From: an uncultured Thermoleophilia bacterium
GTDB taxonomy: Bacteria; Actinomycetota; Thermoleophilia; Miltoncostaeales; Miltoncostaeaceae
DNA: 64,000 nucleotides
Reading direction: 5' to 3'
Assembly (NCBI GenBank): GCA_963773325.1
Contig: CAVZAI010000002.1
Location: forward strand, 1,532,274 to 1,596,273
Positions 18,876 through 28,361 of the stretch are shown piece by piece. A program made the translations under genes and the position numbers. Position 1 is the first letter of the stretch. Every line of letters starts with the position of its first letter. The notes beneath the pieces were generated by a model. That model worked only from the letters and a program-made list of their open reading frames with translations, had not been told where the DNA came from and did not search any database.

Positions 18876-20008
18876 TGCGGACCCGTCCGCAGATCGAGGG
18901 CGTCGGCCTTCCGCCGCGACGTGGGCGCCTGGTGCTCGCGGCGGCCCTCCTGGGCGGTGGTGCGATGGCGGCCGCCGGGGCCGGGCTGGCGAGCGGTTCG
19001 ACGGCGCGGCCCGCGGCACTCGTCCCGACGCAGGCCCCGGCGCGCGGCGCGACGGTCTCGATCGCCGACGTCGGGGACACGATGATGGGATCGCCGCCGT
19101 GGGGGTTGCCGCCGTCCGGTGGCAGGTATCTGTTCTCGGCCGTGCGGGCCGATCTGGTCGGCAACGTCGTGACCGGCAACCTCGAAGGCACCCTCACCGG
19201 AGTTACCGGCACCTCCAAGTGCGCCCGGCCGAGCGCGACCTGTTTTGCGTTTCGCAGTCCGCCCGGGTACGCGGCAAACCTCAAGCACGCCGGGTTCACG
19301 GTCATGAACGGCGCCAACAACCATTCCCACGACTTCGGCGCGGCTGGTCAGGCGAACACCGCCGCCGCGCTGCGACGGGTCGGGATGCGTTACACGGGAC
19401 CGCCGGGCACGATCGCAATTCAGCATGTCGGCCCGGTCAGTGTCGCGATCCTTGGGTTCGCGCCATACAACTGGGCCAACAACTCGCTCAACCTGGCCGG
19501 CGTGGCCGCGCTTGTGCGCAAGGCGGCCCACGAGGCCGATCTGGTCATCGTGCACGTGCATGCGGGCGCCGAGGGGGTCGGCGCCCAGCACGTGCGCCCC
19601 GGCAGCGAGTACTACCTGGGCGAGAACCGGGGCAACGTGATCGCGTTCGCCCACACGGCGATCGACGCCGGCGCGGACCTCATCCTGGGCTCCGGCCCGC
19701 ACGTGCTGCGCGGGATGCAGTTCTGGCACGGGCGGCTGATCGCCTACAGCATGGGCAACTTCGTCGGCTACCGGGCGTTCGGGCTCGGGGGCGTCCTCAG
19801 CCAGAGCGCCGTCCTGCAGGTGACCCTCACGGCCAGCGGGGGGTTCGTCGCCGCGCACCTACGCCCCGTGAAGCTGAGCGCGATCGGCATCCCGTCACCG
19901 GGCGGGTACGGCATCGCCGACGTCCGGGCGCTGTCGCGGGCGGACTTCGGCACGACTGCTGCGCGGATTTCGTCCTCGGGGGCGATCACCCCGGCGCCGG
20001 GTCAGTAG
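18875..20008 (+). CDS. CapA-family protein, copy 2 (tandem paralog)
   Basis: The start (ATG 18875, or GTG 18872) overlaps the copy-1 stop. It shares the same motif set as copy 1: ADVGDTMMG, ANNHSHDFG, HAGAEG, GSGPHVLRG. Confidence 0.8.
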   Translation: MRTRPQIEGVGLPPRRGRLVLAAALLGGGAMAAAGAGLASGSTARPAALVPTQAPARGATVSIADVGDTMMGSPPWGLPPSGGRYLFSAVRADLVGNVVTGNLEGTLTGVTGTSKCARPSATCFAFRSPPGYAANLKHAGFTVMNGANNHSHDFGAAGQANTAAALRRVGMRYTGPPGTIAIQHVGPVSVAILGFAPYNWANNSLNLAGVAALVRKAAHEADLVIVHVHAGAEGVGAQHVRPGSEYYLGENRGNVIAFAHTAIDAGADLILGSGPHVLRGMQFWHGRLIAYSMGNFVGYRAFGLGGVLSQSAVLQVTLTASGGFVAAHLRPVKLSAIGIPSPGGYGIADVRALSRADFGTTAARISSSGAITPAPGQ

Positions 20009-20041
20009 GCGCCGGCGGCCGGCAACATGCAAGGAGGCGAG

Positions 20042-20896
20042 ATGGAGCGCATCAGTGTCGGCGGGATCCGCCTGGCGATCCGCCAAGCCGGGACGGGCGA
20101 CCCCGTCGTGCTCTTGCACGGGTTCCCCGAGCTGTCCTACTCATGGCGACACCAGCTGCCCGCCCTCGCCGACGCCGGGTATCGGGCTGTCGCGCCCGAT
20201 TTGCGCGGGTACGGTGCCTCGGATCGCCCGACTGGCGTCGACGCGTACACCGTGCCAGCGCTGGTGGGCGACGTCGTGGGGCTGATCGATGCCCTGGGTG
20301 CGGAGCGCGTGCACCTGGTCGGCCACGACTGGGGCGGCGGCCTCGCCTGGGCGACCACCGCCTTGCACCCGCAACGGGTGCGCTCACTGGTGATCGCCAA
20401 CGCGCCGCACCCGGTCGCCTCGGCCGAAGCCCGCCACGAGGACCCCGCCCAGCGCGCCAAGAGCTGGTACATGCTGTTGTTCCTGTTTGTCGGCGTCGCC
20501 GAGAGCTGGCTCGCCAACGACGACTTCCGGAATCTGCGGGAGATGGTGTTCGAGAACGCCGCGCCGGGAACGTTCACCCCCGAGGACGTGCGGGTCTACC
20601 TGGACGCCTTCGCGCGGGATGGCGCACTCACCGCCGCGCTCAACTACTACCGCGCCAACATGCCGGCCGCTGCCTGGCTGCGGGAGCCGCCGCAGCTGCC
20701 GGCCATCTCGACCCCGACGATGGTGATCTGGGGCGAGGCCGACACCTATCTCGGGCTCGGCCTGCTCGACCGCTCGATCGCGAAGGTCGACGGGCCGGTG
20801 CGGGTGGAGCCGCTTCCCGGGGTCAGCCACTGGGTCCAGCAGGAGGCGCCGGACGCGGTGAACGCGCTGCTCATCGACTGGCTGGCGACCGCCTAG
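20042..20896 (+). CDS. alpha/beta hydrolase (epoxide-hydrolase / haloalkane-dehalogenase-like)
   Basis: AAGGAGG lies 4 nt upstream of ATG 20042. Motifs HGFPELSYSWRHQ and GHDWGG. Confidence 0.85.
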   Translation: MERISVGGIRLAIRQAGTGDPVVLLHGFPELSYSWRHQLPALADAGYRAVAPDLRGYGASDRPTGVDAYTVPALVGDVVGLIDALGAERVHLVGHDWGGGLAWATTALHPQRVRSLVIANAPHPVASAEARHEDPAQRAKSWYMLLFLFVGVAESWLANDDFRNLREMVFENAAPGTFTPEDVRVYLDAFARDGALTAALNYYRANMPAAAWLREPPQLPAISTPTMVIWGEADTYLGLGLLDRSIAKVDGPVRVEPLPGVSHWVQQEAPDAVNALLIDWLATA

Positions 20897-23322
20897 GCCG
20901 CGTCGCGCAGCGCCTTGCGGTCCAGTTTGCCCGAGGGCAGGCGCGGCAGGTGCTCGCAGACGATCACCTCGCGGGGCGCCATGTAGGGCACCAGCCGGTG
21001 GGCGACGTGGCGGCGCAGCTCCGTGGCGAGGTGGTCGGGCACCGGGCCGTCCGGGACGACCCACGCGACGACGCGCACCAGGCCCGTTCGGTCGGCCACA
21101 CCGCCCACGGCGGCCTCGCGCACGACCGGGTGATCGAGCAGGCACGACTCGACCTCGCGCGGGCTGACCCAGCGTGCGTCGACCTTGAACAGGTCGTCCA
21201 CGCGGCCCACGTGCCGATAGCGGCCCGCGTCGGCGACCAACATGTCTCCCATCCTGATCCATTCGCCGTAGACGAGCTCGTGCGTCGCCGCGCCCCGGCG
21301 CCAGTACCCGGAGGTATTCGACGGGCTGCGGATCCACAGGCGTCCCGGCGTGCCGTCCGCGACGTCGCGGCCCTCGGGGTCGCGCAGCCGGACCTCCACG
21401 CCGGGCACCACCCGTCCGAGCCAGCCCGGCTCGGCACGCCCGGGCCGGGCCGAGATCACGACGTTCGAGCACTCCGAGCAGCCCAGCCCCTCGATCAGGG
21501 GGACCCCCACCCGCTCGGCGAACGCGCGCGCGACCCCCGCCGGCAGGCTGTCGCCCGACGACACGCACAACCGGACGCCCGTGAGCGCGTCGGGCTGCGG
21601 GTGTCGGACGAGGTACTCGACCAGCTGGGCCCAGAAGGTGGGCACCCCGGTCAGGACCCGGACCCCGTGGCGTGCCGCGAGCTCGATCGTTGTGCGCGGA
21701 TTGGGCCGGGCGGCGTTGAGCACCGCGGTGGCGCCGGCGCCGAGCACGCGGAAAAAGCCGTTGCCGAAGCCCAGTGAGGTAAACAGCTTGGCCGCGGAAT
21801 GGCATGGCTCGCCCGGCGCGAGCTCGAGCACGTGGCGAGCGTAGGTCTCGATCCCGGTCACCATGTCCCGGTGCGCGTGCATCACGCCCTTGGGCCGGCC
21901 GGTTGATCCCGAGGAATAGACCATGTACGCGAGGTCCTCGGGGTGCACCGCCGCGCAGCCGGGGCCTCCGACACCACCGAGCTCGTCCGGGTGCAGACCC
22001 GACCAGCCGCCCGCCGTGCCCTCGTCGTCGCAGACCACGATGCGCGGCTCACAGTCCTCGAGGATCATCGCGAAGCGGTCCGCGGGCCCGACCGGATCGA
22101 CCGGGATCGCCACGGCGCCCAGCCACGCGCACCCCAGGAACGCCGCGAACCAGGGCCGCCCGTCACGCAGGGCGATCGCCACGCGGTCGCCGCGCCGCAC
22201 CCCGGCGCGCGCCAGTGCGCCCGCGGCGGCGCGGGTGGCCGCCAGGAGTTGGGCGTAGCTCCAGCTGCCCCCGGCGTCGATCACCGCCGCCGTCTGGCCG
22301 GCACCGGCGGCGACGTGGCGCCCGACGAGGGTGTGGGCGAGGTTGGCCTCGGGCCGCACCCCGAAGGCGTGCGGCCGTGCGACCGGCTGCGCGGCTGCCG
22401 GCCGCACCAGCGCCTCGGCGAGTGCGGCATACCCCTCGTGCGGCACGCGTTCGGGCAGGGCGACGATCACGTCGGTCAGGCCGGCCGCGGCATATGCGGC
22501 GAGCCGCTCGCGCACCTGATCGCCGGTGCCGACCAGGCCGGTGGTGCCGAGCCACCGCAGCAGGCCCTCGGGCGAGGCGCGCAGATGCGCGGCCTGGGCG
22601 GCGACCAGCGCACGCCGTGCCTTTTCGGAGGGGCCCACCAGGCAGAAGGTGTAGAGCGCGACCGCCAGGGGTGGCCGCCCCGCCGCCGCCGCCGCGGCCG
22701 ATGCCACCGCGACCCGCCCGGCGAGCTCGTCCGGACTGCTCCAGGCGGCGATGATCCCGTCGGCATGGCGCCCGGCGTGGCGCAGCAGCACCGGGCCGTG
22801 GGCGGCCAGCCACACGGGCGGGCGCCGCACGAGTGGGCGCAACGGTGCGCCCGTGAGGAGCCCGTCGATCGTCGCGCCGTCGGGGTCGTCCCACATCGCC
22901 TGCATGACCGCCAGCGTGCGCCGCACGGCCGCGCTGCGCTCGGCCGGCGAGCCGAACCGGATGCCCCAGGCGTCGTGCTCGGCCACATCGGAGCCGGTCC
23001 CGAGGCCGACCACAAGGCGTCCGCCGGCGATCGCGTCGACGTCCGCGGCCATCTTCGCGGCAATCTGCGGGGGACGATAGCTGGCCGACAGCACCGCCAC
23101 CCCGAGGCGGACGCGCTGCGTGGTGGCCGCGAGCGCGCCGAGGGTCGTGAATGCGTCGAACGTCGGATCGGCCTTGGTGCGCCCGGGCGACTGGAAGTGG
23201 TCGTTGACCCAGAGTGCGTCGACGCCGGCGACCTCGAGCAGGTCGGCGACCGCGCGGATCTCGTCCCAGGTTCCGCCGTACTGCGGCACGCGGACCCCGA
23301 TGCGCGGTGCCGCCCGGCTCAC
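20893..23322 (-). CDS. fusion protein: N-terminal luciferase-like (LLM-class) oxidoreductase domain plus C-terminal AMP-dependent synthetase/ligase
   Basis: The GTG start overlaps the stop of the upstream gene (GTGA). Residues about 1-330 are LLM-like (DALWVNDHF...GLGTGS...). Residues about 340-809 have YSSGSTGRPKG, GVPTFW, GDM, and SGKLDRKAL. Confidence 0.75.
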   Translation of the reverse strand: MSRAAPRIGVRVPQYGGTWDEIRAVADLLEVAGVDALWVNDHFQSPGRTKADPTFDAFTTLGALAATTQRVRLGVAVLSASYRPPQIAAKMAADVDAIAGGRLVVGLGTGSDVAEHDAWGIRFGSPAERSAAVRRTLAVMQAMWDDPDGATIDGLLTGAPLRPLVRRPPVWLAAHGPVLLRHAGRHADGIIAAWSSPDELAGRVAVASAAAAAAGRPPLAVALYTFCLVGPSEKARRALVAAQAAHLRASPEGLLRWLGTTGLVGTGDQVRERLAAYAAAGLTDVIVALPERVPHEGYAALAEALVRPAAAQPVARPHAFGVRPEANLAHTLVGRHVAAGAGQTAAVIDAGGSWSYAQLLAATRAAAGALARAGVRRGDRVAIALRDGRPWFAAFLGCAWLGAVAIPVDPVGPADRFAMILEDCEPRIVVCDDEGTAGGWSGLHPDELGGVGGPGCAAVHPEDLAYMVYSSGSTGRPKGVMHAHRDMVTGIETYARHVLELAPGEPCHSAAKLFTSLGFGNGFFRVLGAGATAVLNAARPNPRTTIELAARHGVRVLTGVPTFWAQLVEYLVRHPQPDALTGVRLCVSSGDSLPAGVARAFAERVGVPLIEGLGCSECSNVVISARPGRAEPGWLGRVVPGVEVRLRDPEGRDVADGTPGRLWIRSPSNTSGYWRRGAATHELVYGEWIRMGDMLVADAGRYRHVGRVDDLFKVDARWVSPREVESCLLDHPVVREAAVGGVADRTGLVRVVAWVVPDGPVPDHLATELRRHVAHRLVPYMAPREVIVCEHLPRLPSGKLDRKALRDAA

Positions 23323-24032
23323 GGGTTGCCGACCACAACGACCAGCTGGGCCGTCGGCGCGGCCGCCTGGAGCGCGGCCGAGGCGGGGATGGGTGCGATG
23401 TCGGTGATGCCGAGGTCGGTCGCCAACCGCGCGGCGATGCCCTCGCCGCCGGGCCGATAATAGACAATCTGCGGCACGGTGGGCGTGGTCTGGCCCGTCG
23501 CGCTCGAGGTCGTCGGGCTCGCCGGCGCCGTGGCGGCGTGTGTTGTCGCCCCGGTCGCGGTGGGCGGCCCGGTCGCGGATGGTGTGGCCGAGCTCGTCGT
23601 GGGTGCGACCGTCGGCGACTGGGTCGGCACGAGGCTCGGCGGCAGCCTGACGTTGCCCGTGACCGGGGTCGGATAGCCGAGCTGGAGGATCCTGACCGCG
23701 ATCTGGACCGCGACGCCCGAAGTGGACCCGGCGTTGAGTACGGCGACCTTGACCTGGGCACGCGGCGGCAGCGCCGCCACGGGCGCGGTCGGGGTCGTGG
23801 ACGTGGCGGTGCCCGTCGTCGCGGTCGTCGTCGGGGCGGTCGTCGGGGTGGGCAGGATGATCACGTTGCGGGTGCGCATACCGGCAGGCACCGACGGGGT
23901 GACCGTCTGCGGATCGGCGCTTGAGCGATGCTGCCAGCCGATCCAGAACCCCAACAGCAGGCAGACGATTGCCAGTGCGGTCGCCGTGAGCTGACCGGTC
24001 GTCGGGCGCCACGACATGTCGGGTCGCTTCAT
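23319..24032 (-). CDS. membrane-anchored LytR_C-domain protein with Thr/Pro/Ser-rich insert
   Basis: Internal ATG MKRPDMSW, one TM helix. The LytR_C-like halves VKVAVLNAGSTSGVAVQIA and IVYYRPGGEGIAARLATDLG...LVVVVGN are separated by a low-complexity insert of about 60 aa. Confidence 0.6.
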   Translation of the reverse strand: MKRPDMSWRPTTGQLTATALAIVCLLLGFWIGWQHRSSADPQTVTPSVPAGMRTRNVIILPTPTTAPTTTATTGTATSTTPTAPVAALPPRAQVKVAVLNAGSTSGVAVQIAVRILQLGYPTPVTGNVRLPPSLVPTQSPTVAPTTSSATPSATGPPTATGATTHAATAPASPTTSSATGQTTPTVPQIVYYRPGGEGIAARLATDLGITDIAPIPASAALQAAAPTAQLVVVVGNP

Positions 24033-24286
24033 CGCGACGGGTCCCGGAACGCGAGCATCACCGCTGATGGTACCGGGCGACCCGGTGGGCCAACCGTCAC
24101 GCCGGGACCCGCGGGTGCGCCGCCGGGATTCGTGGTAACCTGCGCGCGGTCGCTGTCGTGAGGCGGTCGCTCCGTGCTGAACTGACCTGAGCGCCCGTCG
24201 CCACGCGACCCGAGTCCCCTGCACTCGCCCTCGCTTAGCCACATCGCTTCGCCGCATGTGTAGTCGTCGGCAAGCCCTGTCACTGG

Positions 24287-26824
24287 ATGCCAGTCAGCCT
24301 GCGTCCCACCTCGAACACGAGCGCACCGCCCTCGCCGGCCGAGGACCTCGCCGCTGCCCTCGACGATCCCGCCGTCGCCTGGCCGGACGTGACACTGCGC
24401 CCGCACCAGATCGAGGCGCTCGACGACCTGGCCTCGCGCCTCGCGCACGGTGTGCGCCGCAGCTGGGTCGATGCGCCGACCGGCTCCGGCAAGACGGTGA
24501 TGTTCTGCGCGCTGGCGGCCGCCCTCGACGGATCGGCCTGCGTGCTCGTCCCGCGCCGCAACCTCGCCGAACAGACCATCGCCGGTTTCGCGCGCCATTT
24601 CCCGTCGGTGAAGGTGCACGAGGAGGGGCCCGACGCGATCGGCCAGCCGGGCGTCGCGATCTGCACGTATCAGGCGGCGTTGCGACATGCGTCGCGCATC
24701 CAGTGGGACGACCTCACGCTGCTGGTCTGCGACGAGGCCCACACTGCACTGGGGGCGCAGACGCGGCTGCTGCTCGACCGTGCGACCAATGCGGTCATCG
24801 TCGGGTTCACCGCAACCGGGGCGACGACCACCGGGCACGTCGAGCAGATCTTCGGGCCGGTCGCCACGACGCTGGACCGGGCGTCGGCGATCGAGCGCGG
24901 GATCCTGTGCCCCTTGCGCTCCCTGCGGGTCGAGCGCGCGGTCGACCTGTCCGACGTGGCCCGCGTGCGCGGCGACTTCGATCAGGGCAGCCTCGGCAGG
25001 GCCCTTGATCGTGCGCTCTGGCACCAGGCGTGCGCGGAGGTCTGGACCGAGCATTTCCAGCCGCTCGCGCTGGCCGGCGTCGCGTACACGGCTACCGTTG
25101 CCCAGGCCCACAACCTCGCCGACGAGCTCACCCAGCGCGGGGTCAAGGCCGCCGCGGTCTCGGGCCAGACGCCGGGGCGCGAGCTGCAGATGATCCTCAA
25201 GAAGTTTGGCGAGGGGTACATCGATGTCCTGTGCAACGCCGACCTGCTGACCGAGGGCTGGGACGAGACGCGGGCGTCGGTGGTGATGCATCTGGCGCCG
25301 ACGACCTCCGAGCGCGTCTTCGTGCAGCGGCTGGGCCGCGTCATGCGCCCTGCACCCGACAAGGAGGCCGTCTCGGTCGAGTTCCTGCCCAAGGGCGATC
25401 TGATGGGAGTGAAGACCAGCCACGACGTGTTCGGGGTGGGCTGGTACAAACCCCTGGGCCGCGTCGCCGGCCCGCCGGACGCCGGCGACGAGCGCGGGAA
25501 GCTGGCCAAGGCGGCGCGCGTCCTCGCCGACCAGGCCGGGCACGTGGCCGAGCTGGTCAACCCCGGTGCGGATCCCACGCAGATCGCCGCCGGCTTTCGT
25601 GACGGCAGCTGGCGCGAGGTCGATACCGGCAAGCTGCGCGGGATCCTGATCGAGGAGTGGATCGAGGCCGCGTCGGCGGACGCGACGTGCATCGAGGTCT
25701 CCGAACGCGTCGCCGCAGGGATCCCGCCCGAGGGCGCGCTCGCCTGGTGGGGCCTGACCGGCGTGCTCGCCCGTAACGCACATGACGGTGTCGACCAGCC
25801 GATGTGGCGCGAGTGGGCGATGGCCCTGGTCGTGCAGCCGGACCTGCGCATGTGGCTGACCGACGATGCGCCGCGCAAGGTGCTCGACAATCTGCGCATG
25901 ACCGCCCGTGAACGGTTGCGGGCGCTCTGGAACTACGCCGACCACGCCGGCAAGTGGGACCGCATCACGGCGCTCGAACAACTCGGACGCTCGGGTGACC
26001 GCCGCCGCCGTTGGTCGGCGCTGGACGAGGCCTCGGCGTGGGCACCGGCGTGGGCGTGGGACGTCTCGCGTGGCCTGGCCGAGGCGCATCGGCCCGGGCG
26101 CAACCAGGAGGCCGCGCGGATTGCCGGCTGGGAGGCGCGGCACCTCATCTCGGCCGGCGGCGAGATCAACCTGATTGCCGGCTGGTTGCGCGCGGCCGGT
26201 GGTCCGCCGCCCGATCCGATCCCGCCGGATGAAGCGGCCTCCGCCGCCCTGCGGCTCGGGCAGATCGCCCGGCTGACCGTCGTGCTCGGGCCCGGCGACG
26301 TGCCGACGCGCCCCGAACACGTCCGGCTTGCCGCCCGGGCGGCCGCCGCAGCCGGAGGGTGGGCCCACCTGCGGGGCCTGCTCGACTCGCTGGACTTCAC
26401 GACCCCCGACGCCCGTCGGGCCCTGCGTGCCGCCGTCGGCGCGACGCAACCCAAGGCGCTGCTGTCGCGGCGCGGCTGGAACGCCCTGCGCACCCGGTTC
26501 CCCAGGCTCCCGTCGGCCGAGGAGATCGGGCTCGGCGACGGGCAGCGCCGGCGTGAGGGTGCCGCCGAGGACGGCGTCAAGCCACGCCGGCGACGGCGAC
26601 GGCGCCTGCATGCCCCGGCGGCCGAGGCCGCAAACGCGGCCGCACCGACGTCTGCCGAGGCCGCATCGCCCAACGGCGCCGGTCCTGGGGAGCCGTCCGC
26701 CGAGGGCGCCAGCAGCTCCGGCAACCGCCGCCGCCGCCGGCGTCGCCGCCGCCCGTCGCGCAGCGGCACCTCCGCGGGAGGCACCGGGGGCCCCGAGGAC
26801 GCGCCGCCACCCACCGGGGACTGA
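24287..26824 (+). CDS. SF2 DEAD/DEAH-box helicase (ResIII-like) with a large uncharacterised C-terminal region and poly-Arg tail
   Basis: Motif I APTGSGKT, motif II VCDEAH, motif III FTAT, motif VI QRLGRVMR. Residues about 400-845 are not recognisable. Two poly-Arg tracts (7 and 9 Arg). Confidence 0.8.
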   Translation: MPVSLRPTSNTSAPPSPAEDLAAALDDPAVAWPDVTLRPHQIEALDDLASRLAHGVRRSWVDAPTGSGKTVMFCALAAALDGSACVLVPRRNLAEQTIAGFARHFPSVKVHEEGPDAIGQPGVAICTYQAALRHASRIQWDDLTLLVCDEAHTALGAQTRLLLDRATNAVIVGFTATGATTTGHVEQIFGPVATTLDRASAIERGILCPLRSLRVERAVDLSDVARVRGDFDQGSLGRALDRALWHQACAEVWTEHFQPLALAGVAYTATVAQAHNLADELTQRGVKAAAVSGQTPGRELQMILKKFGEGYIDVLCNADLLTEGWDETRASVVMHLAPTTSERVFVQRLGRVMRPAPDKEAVSVEFLPKGDLMGVKTSHDVFGVGWYKPLGRVAGPPDAGDERGKLAKAARVLADQAGHVAELVNPGADPTQIAAGFRDGSWREVDTGKLRGILIEEWIEAASADATCIEVSERVAAGIPPEGALAWWGLTGVLARNAHDGVDQPMWREWAMALVVQPDLRMWLTDDAPRKVLDNLRMTARERLRALWNYADHAGKWDRITALEQLGRSGDRRRRWSALDEASAWAPAWAWDVSRGLAEAHRPGRNQEAARIAGWEARHLISAGGEINLIAGWLRAAGGPPPDPIPPDEAASAALRLGQIARLTVVLGPGDVPTRPEHVRLAARAAAAAGGWAHLRGLLDSLDFTTPDARRALRAAVGATQPKALLSRRGWNALRTRFPRLPSAEEIGLGDGQRRREGAAEDGVKPRRRRRRRLHAPAAEAANAAAPTSAEAASPNGAGPGEPSAEGASSSGNRRRRRRRRRPSRSGTSAGGTGGPEDAPPPTGD

Positions 26825-26874
26825 TCCCGCACGGGATCGCGCGTTCCGGTTGGCGGTGCGCCTATGCTTGGGAC

Positions 26875-27132
26875 ATGACCGAGCCGCTCGGATCTGAAGC
26901 CGTCGCGGACGCACTGTGGGACCGGGTGCGCCGGCTGGCCCGGACCGTCGACGGACTCGTCGAGGCAGACGCGCTCGGCGAGCTCGACGTCGACGGCAAG
27001 GCCCGCCTGGACCGTGCGCGGGTGCGGCTGCGGCGCGCCGTCGAGCGGGCGCAGATGGCCGACGACCTCGCCGACCAGATGGCCGAGCTGCGGTCAGCGC
27101 GCGCCGGCGGGGCCGGGTCGGTCGGCGCCTAG
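26875..27132 (+). CDS. hypothetical small helical protein
   Basis: 85-aa ORF with Asp/Arg/Ala-rich coiled-coil-like composition. Support is weak. Confidence 0.3.
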   Translation: MTEPLGSEAVADALWDRVRRLARTVDGLVEADALGELDVDGKARLDRARVRLRRAVERAQMADDLADQMAELRSARAGGAGSVGA

Positions 27133-28361
27133 CGGATCAGCTGGGCCGGGTGCACCACGCGAACCGGCGCCGCGATCTCGCGCAGGCCTGCGGCAATCTG
27201 GATCGCGCAACCAGGATTGGCGACTGCGACCGTGCCGGCGCCGGTGCTGCTGATCGCCTCCGCCTTCTCGCGCCGCAGCTGGGCCGAGAGCTCGGGCTGG
27301 AGCAGCGAGTACAGGCCGGCCGCGCCGCAGCAGCGGCCGCCCCCGGGGATCTCGACCGGCGTTCCGCCGACCGCCGCGATGGTCCGCCGCAGGTCCGGCC
27401 CGAGCGTCTGGCCGTTGATGTGGTGACACGCGTCGTGGCAGGCGATCGTCCCGAGATCGCGGCTCCGGGTCGTCAGCTCCATCTCCAGCAGGTCGCGGAC
27501 CCGTTCGGCGACGGTTTCCGCCCGCGCAGCCCAGGCCGGGTCATCGGCCAGCAGGTGCCCCCAGGACTTCATGTGGTTGCTGCAGCCGGCCGCGTTGACG
27601 ACGATCACCTCGGCGTCGGCGAACTCGGCGATCCGGTCCCGCGCCATCTGGCGCGCGACGTCCGGATAGCCGTAGTGCATCGCCAGCGCACCGCAGCAGC
27701 CGCCGGCGCGTGGCCGGAGCGCTCGGTAGCCGGACCCCGCGACGGCCCGCATGGTGTCGCGCTGCACGTCGCGGAAGGCCACGTCCATGACGCACCCGCA
27801 CAACAGTGCCGCCGTCGGACCCGTTCCCATCGCGCGCGGCAGCGGTCGGGCGAGCTCGCGCAACGACACCCGCGGGCTCGCCGCCCTGGTCGACGCGGGG
27901 GCGAGTCGGTCGAGGCGCAGCGCCTGCGCGAGCCCGAGTGCGGTGCCCGCGGCGTAGATGGCCCAGGGGCGCGGCAGGACCTGCCTGAGCCCGAGGGCGC
28001 GGACACCGCGCTCACGGATGGGGCGGACGGCCTCGGTCTGGGCGCGCGCGGCCTCGATCATGCGGCCGAAGGGCACCCCGCTCGGACAGGCGGTCTCGCA
28101 GGCCCGGCAGGCCAGACACTCGTCCATCATCGTGCGGAACGTGTCATCGACGACGGCCTGGCCTTCGGCCACCGCGCGCATGGCCGCGATGCGGCCGCGC
28201 GGCGAGGCGGTCTCGCGGCCGGTCAGGCGGAAGGTGGGGCAATGCGGCAGGCACAACCCGCAGGACACGCACGAGACGATGTCGGCGGCGGCGGGTGCCT
28301 CGACCCCGGGCAGCCAGTTGGCCGGCCGGATCGGCGGCGGGCGCAGTTCGTCGTCGCTCAC
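27129..28361 (-). CDS. glcF: glycolate oxidase iron-sulfur subunit
   Basis: Two ferredoxin-type clusters, [12 protein letters not shown] and [12 protein letters not shown], plus C-terminal CCG-type Cys motifs. The GTG start overlaps the glcE stop (GTGA). Confidence 0.85.
   Translation of the reverse strand: MSDDELRPPPIRPANWLPGVEAPAAADIVSCVSCGLCLPHCPTFRLTGRETASPRGRIAAMRAVAEGQAVVDDTFRTMMDECLACRACETACPSGVPFGRMIEAARAQTEAVRPIRERGVRALGLRQVLPRPWAIYAAGTALGLAQALRLDRLAPASTRAASPRVSLRELARPLPRAMGTGPTAALLCGCVMDVAFRDVQRDTMRAVAGSGYRALRPRAGGCCGALAMHYGYPDVARQMARDRIAEFADAEVIVVNAAGCSNHMKSWGHLLADDPAWAARAETVAERVRDLLEMELTTRSRDLGTIACHDACHHINGQTLGPDLRRTIAAVGGTPVEIPGGGRCCGAAGLYSLLQPELSAQLRREKAEAISSTGAGTVAVANPGCAIQIAAGLREIAAPVRVVHPAQLIR

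Noticed and set aside
20893-24012. A 1039-aa ORF read as a single gene.
   Set aside because: The first 230 codons are junk that overlaps the LytR_C gene in another frame. A GTG at 23322 overlapping that gene's stop gives a clean start for the LLM-ligase fusion.
26580-26760. CGC/CGG-rich repeats, and the GCC/CAG repeat at 35390-35440, considered as tandem repeats or CRISPR-like arrays.
   Set aside because: They are in-frame codon repeats encoding the poly-Arg tails of the helicase and the AQAQAQ/AAAA tail of CtaC. There is no repeat-spacer structure anywhere in the window.
24029-26914. A 961-aa minus-strand ORF. Similar long ORFs occur elsewhere (19099..21777 +, 44648..46462 -, 35874..37829 -, 31156..33471 -, 15212..16756 -).
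   Set aside because: They lie antisense to, or out of frame with, genes carrying clear conserved motifs. Their translations are Arg/Pro/Gly/Ala-rich with no recognisable domains. This is the typical stop-codon-poor artefact of about 70% GC DNA.
24287-27132. The helicase plus the small downstream ORF as a phage-defence system.
   Set aside because: There is no nuclease, methyltransferase, ATPase partner or other defence-type gene adjacent. The helicase alone is insufficient evidence.
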